DNA of 40,000 bases, from the NCBI GenBank assembly GCA_945881945.1, contig CAMCVO010000008.1:24461-64460 (forward strand), in the 5' to 3' direction. The translations under genes were made by a program, and so were the position numbers. The notes below the pieces were generated by a model, which was not told where the DNA came from, ran no database searches, and saw nothing but the letters and a program-made list of their open reading frames with translations. Shown here piece after piece: positions 17,466 through 27,432 of this stretch. Within the stretch, counting starts at the first letter, position 1; every line of letters begins with the position of its first letter. This stretch comes from Bifidobacterium breve. Lineage in GTDB: Bacteria; Actinomycetota; Actinomycetes; Nanopelagicales; Nanopelagicaceae.

Positions 17466-20126
17466 GTGGGTTTATTAGACAAGATTTTGCGTGCGGGCGA
17501 AGGCAAAGCTGTTAAACAGCTAGCAAAAATTGCACTAGAGGTTAATAGATTTGAAAATCAAATAGCATCATTAGATGATGAGAAGCTACAAAGTAAAACT
17601 GCAGAGTTTAAATCGCGGTATGAGAATGGCGAAACTCTAGATTCTATTTTGCCTGAAGCCTTTGCCGTTGTACGAGAAGCAGCAAAACGAACTCTGGGGC
17701 AACGTCATTATGATGTACAAGTGATGGGTGGTGCTGCACTTCACCGAGGAAATATTTCAGAAATGAAAACTGGTGAGGGCAAAACCTTAGTTTCAACCCT
17801 ACCGGCATATTTAAATGCTCTTACTGGCAAAGGTGTCCACATTGTTACTGTCAATGATTATTTAGCAGAGCGTGATAGTGAATGGATGGGTCGGGTTCAT
17901 AGATTTCTTGGTCTAAAAGTAGGAGTAATCCTTGCCAGCATGTCATCTTCTGAACGGCGTGATGCATACGCAGCAGATATAACTTATGGCACCAACAATG
18001 AGTTCGGGTTTGATTATTTGCGAGACAACATGGCATGGAGTTTGGCAGATTGTGTGCAGCGTGATCATAACTTTGCAATTGTTGATGAGGTTGACTCAAT
18101 CTTGATTGATGAGGCACGAACTCCGCTTATTATTTCTGGGCCGGCAGATAAACCAACTAAGTGGTATGTCGAGTTTGCTAATTTGGTAGCAAAACTAAAT
18201 CTTGGTCAACATTACGAAGTGGATACAAAAAAGCGAACAGTTGGTATTTTAGAAGAGGGAGTAACTCGGGTTGAAGAAGCGCTAGGAATTGAAAACCTCT
18301 ATGAGGCAGTAAATACTCCAATGATCGGATATCTAAATAATGCGATTCGGGCTAAAGAATTGTTTAAGCGAGACAAAGATTATGTAGTAATGAACGGCGA
18401 GCTGCTAATTGTTGATGAACATACCGGTCGAATGCTTGCTGGCCGGCGTTATAGCGAGGGATTACACCAAGCTCTAGAGGCTAAAGAGCGGATTGAAATC
18501 CAAAATGAGAATCAAACATTGGCGACAATCACCCTACAGAACTACTTCCGCTTATATAAAAAATTAAGCGGCATGACCGGTACCGCAATGACTGAAGCTT
18601 CGGAGTTCATGCAAATATATAAATTAGGTGTTATTCCAATTCCAACGAACAAAGATATGCAAAGAATTGATCAATCCGACTTAATTTACAAATCTGAGGC
18701 CGGTAAATTTGTCGCAGTAGCAGATGACATAGTTGAGCGACATAAAAAAGGGCAACCAGTATTGGTTGGAACAGTCAGTGTTGAGAAATCAGAAGAGCTG
18801 TCTGCAATTTTGAAAAAGCGTGGCATTCCTCACGAAGTATTGAACGCTAAGCAACATGAACGAGAAGCAGCGATTATTGCTCGTGCTGGCACAGTTGGTG
18901 CGGTCACAGTTGCAACTAATATGGCCGGCCGTGGAACGGACATTATGCTTGGCGGTAATCCAGAATTTATGGCAGATTTTGAGTTACAACGTAAAGGATT
19001 GAATCCAGTTGATTCACCACAAGAGTATGAAAAAGCTTGGCCAAGTGAGATTGAAAAACAAAAAGCAGCGGTGGTAAAAGAGCATGAATCGGTAGTTTCA
19101 TTAGGTGGCTTATATGTTTTGGGTACCGAACGCCATGAATCTCGACGTATTGATAACCAGCTTCGAGGTCGTTCTGGCCGTCAAGGTGATCCAGGAGAAT
19201 CAAGATTTTATTTATCTCTGCAAGATGAGTTAATGCGCAGATTTAACTCTGGTTTAGTTGAAAGATTCTTGGGTGCCGCTGGCATGCCAGAGGAAACCCC
19301 ACTGGAGTCAAAGATTGTTAGTAATGCAATCAAATCTGCTCAAACTCAGGTTGAGTCGTTAAATTTTGAAATGCGTAAGAATGTTTTGAAGTACGACGAT
19401 GTGATGAATAAACAGCGAACAGTTGTATATTCGGAAAGACGTGAAGTTTTAGAAGGTGTTGATATTAAGGAGCTAGTTGAAGTCTCACTGAAAGAGACAA
19501 TTACCGCTTATGTAAATTCAGCAACACAGACAGGCGTGGCTGAGGATTGGGATCTAAAAACTCTATGGAATGCCCTAAGGACTCTGTATCCAATCTCCTT
19601 TACTTCTGAGCAGATGCTGTCTGAAATTGGCGGGGCTGTTGCATTAGATAATGATTATTTGCTGGAGAGAATTTTGGAAGATTCAAGACAAGCATATGAA
19701 AAGCGCGAATCGGAATTAACCCCTACCGTAATGCGGGAGCTTGAGCGAAAAATTCTGCTTTCAGTCCTAGACCGTAAGTGGCGTGAGCATCTTTATGAAA
19801 TGGACTACTTACAAGAGGGGATTGGCTTGCGCGCAATGGCTCAGCGAGATCCACTTGTTGAATATCAGCGGGAAGGCTTTGATTTATTTTCAGCGATGAT
19901 GGAGGCTGTTAAAGAAGAGCTTGTCAGTTTTGTTTTCAATGTTGAAGTCCAAGTGGAAGGTGATCAGGTTGGTGCAAAAGGATTAACTCCTGCGCCCGCG
20001 CCGATTGCAGCACTTCAATACTCTGATGCTGAGACTAAGCCAACTGTTGCTGGTGGAACTTCAAAAAATGCCCCTTGTCCATGTGGCTCTGGTAAGAAAT
20101 ACAAGAGATGTCATGGGGAAATTTAA
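17466..20126 (+). CDS. secA: Preprotein translocase ATPase SecA
   Basis: 886 aa; [38 protein letters not shown]-terminal [14 protein letters not shown]. Confidence 0.98.
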   Translation: MGLLDKILRAGEGKAVKQLAKIALEVNRFENQIASLDDEKLQSKTAEFKSRYENGETLDSILPEAFAVVREAAKRTLGQRHYDVQVMGGAALHRGNISEMKTGEGKTLVSTLPAYLNALTGKGVHIVTVNDYLAERDSEWMGRVHRFLGLKVGVILASMSSSERRDAYAADITYGTNNEFGFDYLRDNMAWSLADCVQRDHNFAIVDEVDSILIDEARTPLIISGPADKPTKWYVEFANLVAKLNLGQHYEVDTKKRTVGILEEGVTRVEEALGIENLYEAVNTPMIGYLNNAIRAKELFKRDKDYVVMNGELLIVDEHTGRMLAGRRYSEGLHQALEAKERIEIQNENQTLATITLQNYFRLYKKLSGMTGTAMTEASEFMQIYKLGVIPIPTNKDMQRIDQSDLIYKSEAGKFVAVADDIVERHKKGQPVLVGTVSVEKSEELSAILKKRGIPHEVLNAKQHEREAAIIARAGTVGAVTVATNMAGRGTDIMLGGNPEFMADFELQRKGLNPVDSPQEYEKAWPSEIEKQKAAVVKEHESVVSLGGLYVLGTERHESRRIDNQLRGRSGRQGDPGESRFYLSLQDELMRRFNSGLVERFLGAAGMPEETPLESKIVSNAIKSAQTQVESLNFEMRKNVLKYDDVMNKQRTVVYSERREVLEGVDIKELVEVSLKETITAYVNSATQTGVAEDWDLKTLWNALRTLYPISFTSEQMLSEIGGAVALDNDYLLERILEDSRQAYEKRESELTPTVMRELERKILLSVLDRKWREHLYEMDYLQEGIGLRAMAQRDPLVEYQREGFDLFSAMMEAVKEELVSFVFNVEVQVEGDQVGAKGLTPAPAPIAALQYSDAETKPTVAGGTSKNAPCPCGSGKKYKRCHGEI

Positions 20127-20581
20127 ATCAAATTTAAATCAGTGCAGATCCATCGCTTGTCTACTCCTTCAAGTCTTAAAGAAAGTGATCTAACTCGGTC
20201 AATAACTCGCAAAGTTACGGTAACTTCAACTACCCCTTCAATGGGTTGGTTTAAATAGATCTTCCTGATCTGACATTTTTGTGTTGCGGCGCTCACGTGC
20301 TCAAGGATTTGCTTTTGTGCAGAACGGTGACAATTACCAGATAACTGAGAGATTGATCTTCGACCAGACCAAACCTCAATTACTCTAATTACAAAAGATT
20401 CACACCACCTGCTTACCTCAGGAAGCTCAGATAAACCTGACGGTATTGGTGAGAACTTTGGGTGTAACCACTCAATACCAAACTCTTTATCAACTGCTGG
20501 AACCAGGTAGAGCTTATTTTTCAAAACCTTTTCGGTAGAGATTACAGTTTGGTTATTTGTCATAACCAGATCCTTGATCAT
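20123..20581 (-). CDS. Rv3235 family protein
   Basis: 152 aa; [30 protein letters not shown]... followed by a beta-rich C-terminus, located beside secA. Start may be ATG 20563. Confidence 0.7.
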   Translation of the reverse strand: MIKDLVMTNNQTVISTEKVLKNKLYLVPAVDKEFGIEWLHPKFSPIPSGLSELPEVSRWCESFVIRVIEVWSGRRSISQLSGNCHRSAQKQILEHVSAATQKCQIRKIYLNQPIEGVVEVTVTLRVIDRVRSLSLRLEGVDKRWICTDLNLI

Positions 20582-20594
20582 TAGATTTGGTGCC

Positions 20595-20616
20595 AGATCA
20601 TCCGTTCGGATGATCT
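20595..20616. promoter_or_regulatory. 22-bp perfect inverted repeat AGATCATCCG-TT-CGGATGATCT in a divergent spacer
   Basis: 10-bp arms are exact reverse complements around a TT centre. Confidence 0.6.
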
Positions 20617-20648
20617 TTTATCTTTGTGACTACTGGTAAAAAGTTAGA

Positions 20649-21242
20649 ATGAAAATTTCAAAAATTGATGTGTTTAGAAACTCAAGGCTTGCGATGGGTC
20701 TAGCACTATTTATAGTTGCATTAACTGCCGCCAGTCTTATTTCTAAGGAGGCCAATAGAACCGTTTTGGTTTGGGCTTCGACCGGTGATCTTGCACCTGG
20801 TCAAATTGTTATGCAATCTGACATTACACCCGTATCAGTTTTACTGGCGCAATCTGCAAAAAATTATTTGTCCTCCTCAGCCGAGATTGTTGGTACTACG
20901 GTCTTAACAAAGATCTCAATGGGAGATTTAATTCCAGGCTCGGCTATTGGTGCTGGTAGTAACTTTGTAAATCAAAGACTCTTCCCATTAACGGTAGCAC
21001 TCTCTGATATTCCTATCTCCCTAGCTAGAGGTGATGTAATTGATCTTTATGCACTTAATGCATCAAATGCTAAGGAGTTGGTTGCTCCAGTGTTGCTTGG
21101 CTCTAGTATTTCCGTCGAGCAAGTTCTTGAGCGTAATAATTCAGGAGTCGTCAGTGTTCTAGTAATCCTTGAAAATGAAGAGATACTTCCCATATTAAAT
21201 TTTTTAGGCGATAGTAGATTAATAATTGTTAGAACTCGCTGA
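20649..21242 (+). CDS. SAF-domain (CpaB/RcpC-like) membrane-anchored protein
   Basis: N-terminal TM then VLVWASTGDLAPGQIVMQSDITPVSVL...VGTTVLTKISMGDLIPGSAI. Confidence 0.8.
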   Translation: MKISKIDVFRNSRLAMGLALFIVALTAASLISKEANRTVLVWASTGDLAPGQIVMQSDITPVSVLLAQSAKNYLSSSAEIVGTTVLTKISMGDLIPGSAIGAGSNFVNQRLFPLTVALSDIPISLARGDVIDLYALNASNAKELVAPVLLGSSISVEQVLERNNSGVVSVLVILENEEILPILNFLGDSRLIIVRTR

Positions 21243-22161
21243 GCCTCGTTTAAAAATAATCACTGCAATTAGCAATAGTGAGCAAGAGGGAGCTGTAGTA
21301 ACGCTACTGCATTCACAAGGTTGCAACATAATTTACCGTGCCTTGAATTATTCAATACTTTTGAATTATCTGGCACAAAATGAAATTGATGTTTGCGTTC
21401 TTTACTCATTGTCGTTCGCTGAACTTAAAGAAATGAATAACTTGCAACACAAGTATGTAAACCATAGATTTATTGAAGTCAATGAAAAGATTGATCACCT
21501 GCAATTGATAAATCAGCTAACTGCTCTGCAAAGGCCATCACTTATCTACCGACCAAAAAGAGTTAATAATGTGGTCTCAGTTTTTGGAACCCCAGCCTCG
21601 CCAGGGATTTCAACTCTGACTAACCACCTAGCAAGACTAAAGTCTGCAAAAATAATTGCCGCAACACATGGGAATATTCGTCCTGAGACGGTAGTGACTG
21701 TTGACAAGATTTCGGCGCATGAGTTGGATCAAAAACTTGCTAATCTCGGTAATGAAATAACAATCATTGACGCTGGTGCAACACTGTCGCTAACGAAAAC
21801 TCTATCTGACCGACGCGGTACAGCTCATTGGCTAAATCTGAGTCTTACTTGTTCGGCGAAAATTATTTATGTGACCGCTGCAAGTATAAATGGACTTTCC
21901 TATTTAGCTGAATTTATTAATGACTTTAAAAACTTGATAAATCCACCTCAGATAATCTACGTATTAAATCAGCATCGGATTGACCGGCAAGGGCAAATAC
22001 TTCAGAAAAAATTCATTGAGCTAGCTGGTCCGGTAAGCAATCTATTAATTCCATTTGAACGCAGGATAGATAGTTTGCAGGTAGGCACTCAGCACGGTAT
22101 GGGATTTTGGCGCAGCAACACATTCACTAGGCAGGTTGAAAAAATATCCAATCAACTGTGA
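21226..22161 (+). CDS. CpaE-like protein: pseudo-receiver region plus degenerate MinD/ParA-type domain
   Basis: VVSVFGTPASPGISTLTNHLARL at the Walker A position (Lys absent), TIIDAGATLSLTKTL, and a C-terminal NQHRIDRQGQ...VSNLLIPFERR pattern. Start codon uncertain (TTG). Confidence 0.7.
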   Translation: MLELAEPRLKIITAISNSEQEGAVVTLLHSQGCNIIYRALNYSILLNYLAQNEIDVCVLYSLSFAELKEMNNLQHKYVNHRFIEVNEKIDHLQLINQLTALQRPSLIYRPKRVNNVVSVFGTPASPGISTLTNHLARLKSAKIIAATHGNIRPETVVTVDKISAHELDQKLANLGNEITIIDAGATLSLTKTLSDRRGTAHWLNLSLTCSAKIIYVTAASINGLSYLAEFINDFKNLINPPQIIYVLNQHRIDRQGQILQKKFIELAGPVSNLLIPFERRIDSLQVGTQHGMGFWRSNTFTRQVEKISNQL

Positions 22162-22185
22162 TGGTGAGGCTCTACCATTGAGCCT

Positions 22186-23652
22186 ATGGCCACTATCTCT
22201 GATTTGATAACTGAGAATTCAAATTTGAATGCGAACGAAGTTGAGCATCTTTCCGAATTAGTAGCCGAATGGCGACTGTTGGCTGATTTATCATTTGCAG
22301 ATTTATTGCTTTGGTTACCAATTCGCCGTGATGAAAAATCTTGGCCAGAAGGACATTTAGTTATTGCACAAATCAGGCCAACCACCGCAGCTACGATATT
22401 TGCAGATGATCTGGTTGGCACCACAATTAATTGGGGGCAGCGACCACTAGTTGATCAAGCCCTATCTGAAGGTGAAATTATCAAAGACACCAAACCTGAA
22501 TTAGTTGGGCAAACTCTTATTAAAGAGGAGACAATTCCTGTAATTTTCAATGGAAGAATTCTGGCAGTTGTTTCCAGGCACCGAAACGCAGATTTAATGC
22601 GACAACCTTCAAAGCTGGAATTAAATTATAGAGAGATCGCCCACAAGATATATAAAATGGTCGCTGAAGGAAATTTCCCAATTAGAAATTCTTTGTATAG
22701 CTCAGAGTCATCTCCAAGAGTTGGAGATGGGTTGATCAGATTAGATGTGAATGGCGTAATATTTTTTGCTTCTCCAAATGCTAGATCAGCTTTAAGTAGA
22801 ATTGGTTTTCATCGGGAGCTTGAGGGTGAAAATCTAGGGGCAGTATTCTCAAATTTAAATAAGGGAGATAATCAGCCGACAGATGAATCATGGCAAACCG
22901 TACTTAATGGTAAGTCTCTGCGACGAGTTGAGTATGAAAGCCAGTCTGCAGTACTAGACATTTTAGTTATTCCATTAACTGAAGGTAATGATCGAATAGG
23001 CGCCATCGTGCTAGTACACAACATAACTGAACTTCGTTATAGGGACCGAGCCCTAGTTACAAAAGATGCAACTATTAAAGAAATTCACCATCGGGTAAAG
23101 AACAATTTACAAACTGTCTCAGCATTGCTTCGGTTACAAGCTAGGCGTGTAACCGACCCGATTGCCATATCTGCCCTTGATGAAGCAGTACGTCGGGTGG
23201 CATCTATTGCACTTGTCCATGAGACGTTATCTAATCAATCTTCAGAGTATGTTGAATTTGATTTGGTATTCGAACAAATCATTAAGAATGCTTTAAATCT
23301 TAATCCTAGGATTATTGCTTACAAAAAAATGGGAGTTTTTGGATCTTTTGACTCAAAAACTGCCACGGCACTCTCACTGGTAATTACTGAATTAATTCAT
23401 AATGCATTAGAGCATGGACTTAATGAATCTGGAGATGAGTTGACTGTCGAAATCAACAAAAACGGTAACCAATACCAAGTAAGTATTTGTGACAATGGCC
23501 CTGGGTTACCTAGAGACTTCAGTATTGAAAAGTCAGCTAATTTAGGTTTGCAAATAGCTAATACACTGACGAAAAATGAATTGAATGGCAGTATAAACTT
23601 AGTCAGGGTTGGAAACTTAACTCGAGGAGATATCTCCTTCGAAACACATTAA
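22186..23652 (+). CDS. pdtaS: Sensor histidine kinase PdtaS (HisKA_2)
   Basis: N-terminal GAF-like, PAS-like, IKEIHHRVKNNLQTVSALLRLQARR, HATPase; adjacent to whiB1 as in Mycobacterium Rv3219/Rv3220c. Confidence 0.92.
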   Translation: MATISDLITENSNLNANEVEHLSELVAEWRLLADLSFADLLLWLPIRRDEKSWPEGHLVIAQIRPTTAATIFADDLVGTTINWGQRPLVDQALSEGEIIKDTKPELVGQTLIKEETIPVIFNGRILAVVSRHRNADLMRQPSKLELNYREIAHKIYKMVAEGNFPIRNSLYSSESSPRVGDGLIRLDVNGVIFFASPNARSALSRIGFHRELEGENLGAVFSNLNKGDNQPTDESWQTVLNGKSLRRVEYESQSAVLDILVIPLTEGNDRIGAIVLVHNITELRYRDRALVTKDATIKEIHHRVKNNLQTVSALLRLQARRVTDPIAISALDEAVRRVASIALVHETLSNQSSEYVEFDLVFEQIIKNALNLNPRIIAYKKMGVFGSFDSKTATALSLVITELIHNALEHGLNESGDELTVEINKNGNQYQVSICDNGPGLPRDFSIEKSANLGLQIANTLTKNELNGSINLVRVGNLTRGDISFETH

Positions 23653-23918
23653 AAAGAGTTTTGATTTTCCATCTGGCGAGCTCGATTTCTAGCAGCCCGT
23701 CGTTTCATAGCTCGTCTTTCATCTTCAGATAATCCGCCCCAAACTCCAGCATCTTGCCCGCTCTCTAGCGCCCAAGCTAAACATGGCTCTTTTACTGGAC
23801 ATCTTTCACATATCTTTTTTGCCTCTTCAATTTGAGCTAAGGCAGGGCCTGTATTACCTACCGGGAAGAAGACCTCTGGATCCTCCTCGCGACAAGCTGC
23901 TTCATGTCGCCAATCCAT
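23649..23918 (-). CDS. whiB1: WhiB-family Fe-S regulator (WhiB1-like)
   Basis: MDWRHEAACREEDPEVFFPVG...KKICERCPVKEPCLAWALESGQDAGVWGGLSEDERRAMKRR. Confidence 0.95.
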   Translation of the reverse strand: MDWRHEAACREEDPEVFFPVGNTGPALAQIEEAKKICERCPVKEPCLAWALESGQDAGVWGGLSEDERRAMKRRAARNRARQMENQNSF

Positions 23919-24075
23919 AGGGCAGCAACTCCTTCGATAAAATAGTGTTAATTAGTAGTCAAGAAAATCAACTGTCTTATTATCTCCCTAATTTAATTAA
24001 TAAACAAGGATATTTTGCTAAGAAAATAGAATATTTCAGATTTGTAGATGAATTCAGCTGCCAATTATGCCCTTG

Positions 24076-24109
24076 CCTGCAGTGAAGCCAGCCACTGCAC
24101 CTTTGCAGG
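24076..24109. promoter_or_regulatory. GC-rich potential RNA structure with two mutually exclusive stems
   Basis: TGCAGTG (24078-24084) pairs with CACTGCA (24093-24099); CCTGCA (24076-24081) can instead pair with TGCAGG (24104-24109). Confidence 0.35.
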
Positions 24110-24240
24110 TTGAGGAGTTAATTCCTGAGCGAACAGGGTAAAAATCAGCTATAGGCCATGATTAGCAGTTAAAGACATCACAATTTTATTTGCTAATTTT
24201 TCATATTGCACTGCTGCAATTAATAGGGGAGAATTATCCA

Positions 24241-24774
24241 ATGAGCCAAACAGCGTATTTTGCTACAGGTTGTTTTTGGGGGGCAGAGCGCAGATTCTGG
24301 AAGCTAGATGGAGTAATTCAAACTTCTGTTGGTTATATGGGTGGAAACAAACCAGATCCAACTTATAAGGAGGTTTGTACCGGCTCCACAAATCATGCAG
24401 AGATGGTAGAGGTTATTTTTGATCCACAAGTAATTTCCTATAAAAGACTACTAGCCGAGTTTTGGGTCATGCATGATCCAACCTCGCTCAATCAGCAAGG
24501 CGGAGATATCGGAACGCAATATCGCTCAGCGATATATACCACTACCGCTGAGCAAAATCAGCAAGCATTTGATAGTAAAGAGATTTATCAAGGTGAGTTA
24601 AATGAAAATCTGATGGACAAAATTGTTACTGAAATTCTGCCTGCTACAGGAGTTACCTACTGGTTAGCAGAGGAGTATCACCAAAGATATTTAGAAAAGA
24701 ACCCAAATGGCTATGACTGTCACTCTTCAACCGGGGTGCCTTTCCCGTCAGCATTAATGAGCGATAATGGATGA
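24241..24774 (+). CDS. msrA: Peptide-methionine (S)-S-oxide reductase
   Basis: AYFATGCFWGAERRFWKLDGVIQTSVGYMGG...CTGSTNHAEMVEV. The ORF track starts at 24190; ATG 24241 follows AGGGGAG. Confidence 0.96.
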   Translation: MSQTAYFATGCFWGAERRFWKLDGVIQTSVGYMGGNKPDPTYKEVCTGSTNHAEMVEVIFDPQVISYKRLLAEFWVMHDPTSLNQQGGDIGTQYRSAIYTTTAEQNQQAFDSKEIYQGELNENLMDKIVTEILPATGVTYWLAEEYHQRYLEKNPNGYDCHSSTGVPFPSALMSDNG

Positions 24775-25222
24775 GATAACGCCAGTAAACTCAAAAGGTG
24801 ATCTATACAAAGTTCAGATCGATGAACAGGAGCTAGCAAGCCGGGTTGATCCTCTTTCCTTTGATGTTTTAAGAAAATCCGCAACCGAGACAGCTTTCAC
24901 AGGTGAATACACAGATACTGAAGTAGTTGGTGTTTATAAGTGCAAAGCTTGTAACGCAGAATTATTCAGATCTGACACAAAATTTCATTCAGGATGTGGC
25001 TGGCCATCTTTTTATGCGCCAACTGCGGATGATGCAGTTGAGTTAATCGAAGATCGTTCGCTTTACCCAAGAATCCGAACCGAGGTTAGATGTTCTGCTT
25101 GTGGCTCACATCTTGGTCATGTCTTTACGGGCGAGGGATATGCTGTGCCTACCGATCAAAGATGGTGTATTAATTCAGTTGCATTAGAACTAGAGGCAAA
25201 GAATCAAATTAATAACCGCTGA
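24767..25222 (+). CDS. msrB: Peptide-methionine (R)-S-oxide reductase
   Basis: YKCKACNAELFRSDTKFHSGCGWPSFY...VRCSACGSHLGHVF...QRWCINSVAL. Confidence 0.96.
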   Translation: MDEITPVNSKGDLYKVQIDEQELASRVDPLSFDVLRKSATETAFTGEYTDTEVVGVYKCKACNAELFRSDTKFHSGCGWPSFYAPTADDAVELIEDRSLYPRIRTEVRCSACGSHLGHVFTGEGYAVPTDQRWCINSVALELEAKNQINNR

Positions 25223-25247
25223 TTATTTAATGGGCTAGGCTTGAACA

Positions 25248-26381
25248 ATGAGCGGTGAGGTTGATCTAAGCAAGTTAACTACGGAAACTCAGGTAGTTGC
25301 TGCTGGTCGGCCGGCGAAGCAGCCAGATGGCGCACTAAATCCTCCCATTGCCCTTAACTCAACATTTCATGAAGGTGGACCGATTGGTTATGGCCGCTAT
25401 GGCAATGAAACTTGGAGTGCTTTAGAGGATGCGATATCAATCCTTGAAGGTGGAAAGTCATTAATTTTTTCATCAGGCATGGCAGCCATCAGTTCAGTTT
25501 TCTCATTACTACCGGATGGCGCGGTCGTCGTAGCTGCAAATAATGGATATCAAGGAACTACTACTTTGTTACAAAAGTTGCATGAAAGTAAAAGACTTGA
25601 GGTTAGATTTGTAAATCTAGCAAATACTGATGAGACTCTCTCTGCAATACCGGGAGCTCAGATGCTCTACCTTGAATCACCCATCAATCCACTTTTAGAG
25701 GTTGTTGATCTACCAACTGTAATTAGGGCGGGCAAGGCAGCAGGTTGTGGGGTGGCAGTTGACAACACTTTAGCAACTCCACTGTTACAAAAACCACTCA
25801 CCCTTGGCGCGGATATTGTTATTCATTCTGTTACAAAGTATCTATCTGGCCACAGTGATTTAATTTTGGGCTCTCTAAGCACAACAGATCCAGAACTTTA
25901 TGCCCGACTAGAGCAATCTCGTAGATTTGGCGGAGCAATTGCTGGACCCTTTGAAGTTTGGATTGCGTTGAGGGGAATTCGAACCTTTGCAATTCGCATG
26001 CAAAGATCTCAAGAAAATGCACTGGAGTTGGCTACGCGCTTATCTAAAGATGGAAGAATAACAAAAGTTAGATATCCAGGCTTGCCAACTGATCCATATA
26101 ATTTAATTGCCAAATCCTTTATGAAAGGATTTGGTGCAATGATCTCCTTTGATGTTAAGGGGACCGTCGATCAGGTTGATTTGATGTGTAATAGTTCAAG
26201 ATTAATTACCAATGCCACATCCTTGGGTGGGGTGGAATCAATCTGGGAGCGCCGGCGTAGGTGGGCAACTGAGAGCAAATTGGTGCCTGAAAATCTCGTT
26301 CGGTTTTCAGTTGGAATTGAAAATGTGGATGATCTTTGGGCTGATATTGAGCATGCCTTTACAGCAGCCAAAATTAAATGA
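25248..26381 (+). CDS. Trans-sulfuration PLP enzyme (cystathionine gamma-synthase/lyase family)
   Basis: IFSSGMAAISSVFSLL, MLYLESPINPLLEVVDL, VAVDNTLATPLLQKPL, DIVIHSVTKYLSGHSD. Confidence 0.92.
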   Translation: MSGEVDLSKLTTETQVVAAGRPAKQPDGALNPPIALNSTFHEGGPIGYGRYGNETWSALEDAISILEGGKSLIFSSGMAAISSVFSLLPDGAVVVAANNGYQGTTTLLQKLHESKRLEVRFVNLANTDETLSAIPGAQMLYLESPINPLLEVVDLPTVIRAGKAAGCGVAVDNTLATPLLQKPLTLGADIVIHSVTKYLSGHSDLILGSLSTTDPELYARLEQSRRFGGAIAGPFEVWIALRGIRTFAIRMQRSQENALELATRLSKDGRITKVRYPGLPTDPYNLIAKSFMKGFGAMISFDVKGTVDQVDLMCNSSRLITNATSLGGVESIWERRRRWATESKLVPENLVRFSVGIENVDDLWADIEHAFTAAKIK

Positions 26382-26866
26382 GCTCAGTAAAAATCAGATC
26401 TGCTGAATTTTCAGATTTACCAGTAATTTTTCAGTTCATCCATGATTTAGCAAAGTATGAAAAAGCACCAAATGAGGTTGAGCTTTCACTTTCAGAATTA
26501 GAGGAATCTCTTTTTAATAAGAATCCACAGGTCTATTGTCTGATTTCAGAGCTGGATGGAAAAGCCACTGGATTTGCAGTTTGGCACTTAAATTACTCAA
26601 CCTGGTTGGGTAGGCATGGGGTTTATTTAGAGGATCTATATGTTGACCCAAAGTACCGTGGCTTAGGTCATGGAAAGGCGTTGCTTAGAAAGCTTGCTCA
26701 AATATGTATTGAGCGTGGGTATAAAAGACTGCAGTGGTGGGTTCTGGATTGGAATGAAACCGCCATTGAGTTTTATAAATCCATTGGAGCACAACCTATG
26801 GATGAGTGGACGGTATTTAGAGTTTCTGGGAGTTCACTGGAAAAACTCGCCACAGATGGAATTTAG
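26378..26866 (+). CDS. GNAT acetyltransferase, SSAT (diamine/thialysine N-acetyltransferase)-like
   Basis: FIHDLAKYEKAPNEV...FAVWHLNYSTWLGRHGVYLEDLYVDPKYRGLGHGKALL...LQWWVLDWNETAIEFYKSIGA. Confidence 0.88.
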   Translation: MSSVKIRSAEFSDLPVIFQFIHDLAKYEKAPNEVELSLSELEESLFNKNPQVYCLISELDGKATGFAVWHLNYSTWLGRHGVYLEDLYVDPKYRGLGHGKALLRKLAQICIERGYKRLQWWVLDWNETAIEFYKSIGAQPMDEWTVFRVSGSSLEKLATDGI

Positions 26867-26901
26867 TAATACCCAAACTTAAAAGATAGTAGATTTATCC
26901 C

Positions 26902-27051
26902 ATGATTAAAGCTCTCAAACGACTTCTTGCACTCCTTGCCGGAGTACTAGTCATATTTGGTGCAATCAAAAGTATCTTTAATTGGTTGGCCCGTTCTGAA
27001 AATGATGAGTATGAAGTATGGAGTGATGATGAAGAGAGAGAAGACGCTTAA
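26902..27051 (+). CDS. 49-aa single-pass membrane microprotein with acidic tail (not in ORF track)
   Basis: MIKALKRLLALLAGVLVIFGAIKSIFNWLARSENDEYEVWSDDEEREDA*; the stop abuts the next start. Confidence 0.5.
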   Translation: MIKALKRLLALLAGVLVIFGAIKSIFNWLARSENDEYEVWSDDEEREDA

Positions 27052-27432
27052 TTGAGCAACGAATATATTGCAGGTAATTGCAATATTGGTAAGGGTGAAA
27101 TTAGAAGACGCCAAACAGTTGCACTCATTGGACTCTTTTTAATGTTTTTTTCAGCTTCAACAATTCTAGGAACGGAACAATCCAGGTCTGTTCGGTTGTC
27201 AATTTTTCTGCCGGCCATGATTTTTGCAATTGGCTTTATTCAAGCAAGAAAAAAGTTTTGCTTAGCTTATGGACTTGCTGGAACATTTAATTTTGGCAAA
27301 CTGGGCAGCATTACTAAAGTTCAAAGTGAGCAGGATAAAAAAGCAGATCGAAAAACTGCAATAAGTATTCTTTCTCAATCAGCTTTATTGGCTGCCGCAA
27401 TTACTTCAGTATTTTTTGCACTACCCTTATAA
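27052..27432 (+). CDS. Small membrane protein, unknown function
   Basis: 126 aa, TTG start directly after the preceding TAA; NCNIGKGEIRRRQTVALIGL with 3-4 hydrophobic segments. Confidence 0.6.
   Translation: MSNEYIAGNCNIGKGEIRRRQTVALIGLFLMFFSASTILGTEQSRSVRLSIFLPAMIFAIGFIQARKKFCLAYGLAGTFNFGKLGSITKVQSEQDKKADRKTAISILSQSALLAAAITSVFFALPL

Noticed and set aside
24061-24140. tRNA gene or known riboswitch in the msrA upstream block
   Set aside because: I could not find a T-arm/acceptor arrangement for tRNA or a confident match to cobalamin, glycine, SAM or ydaO conserved cores; kept only as an unclassified structure.
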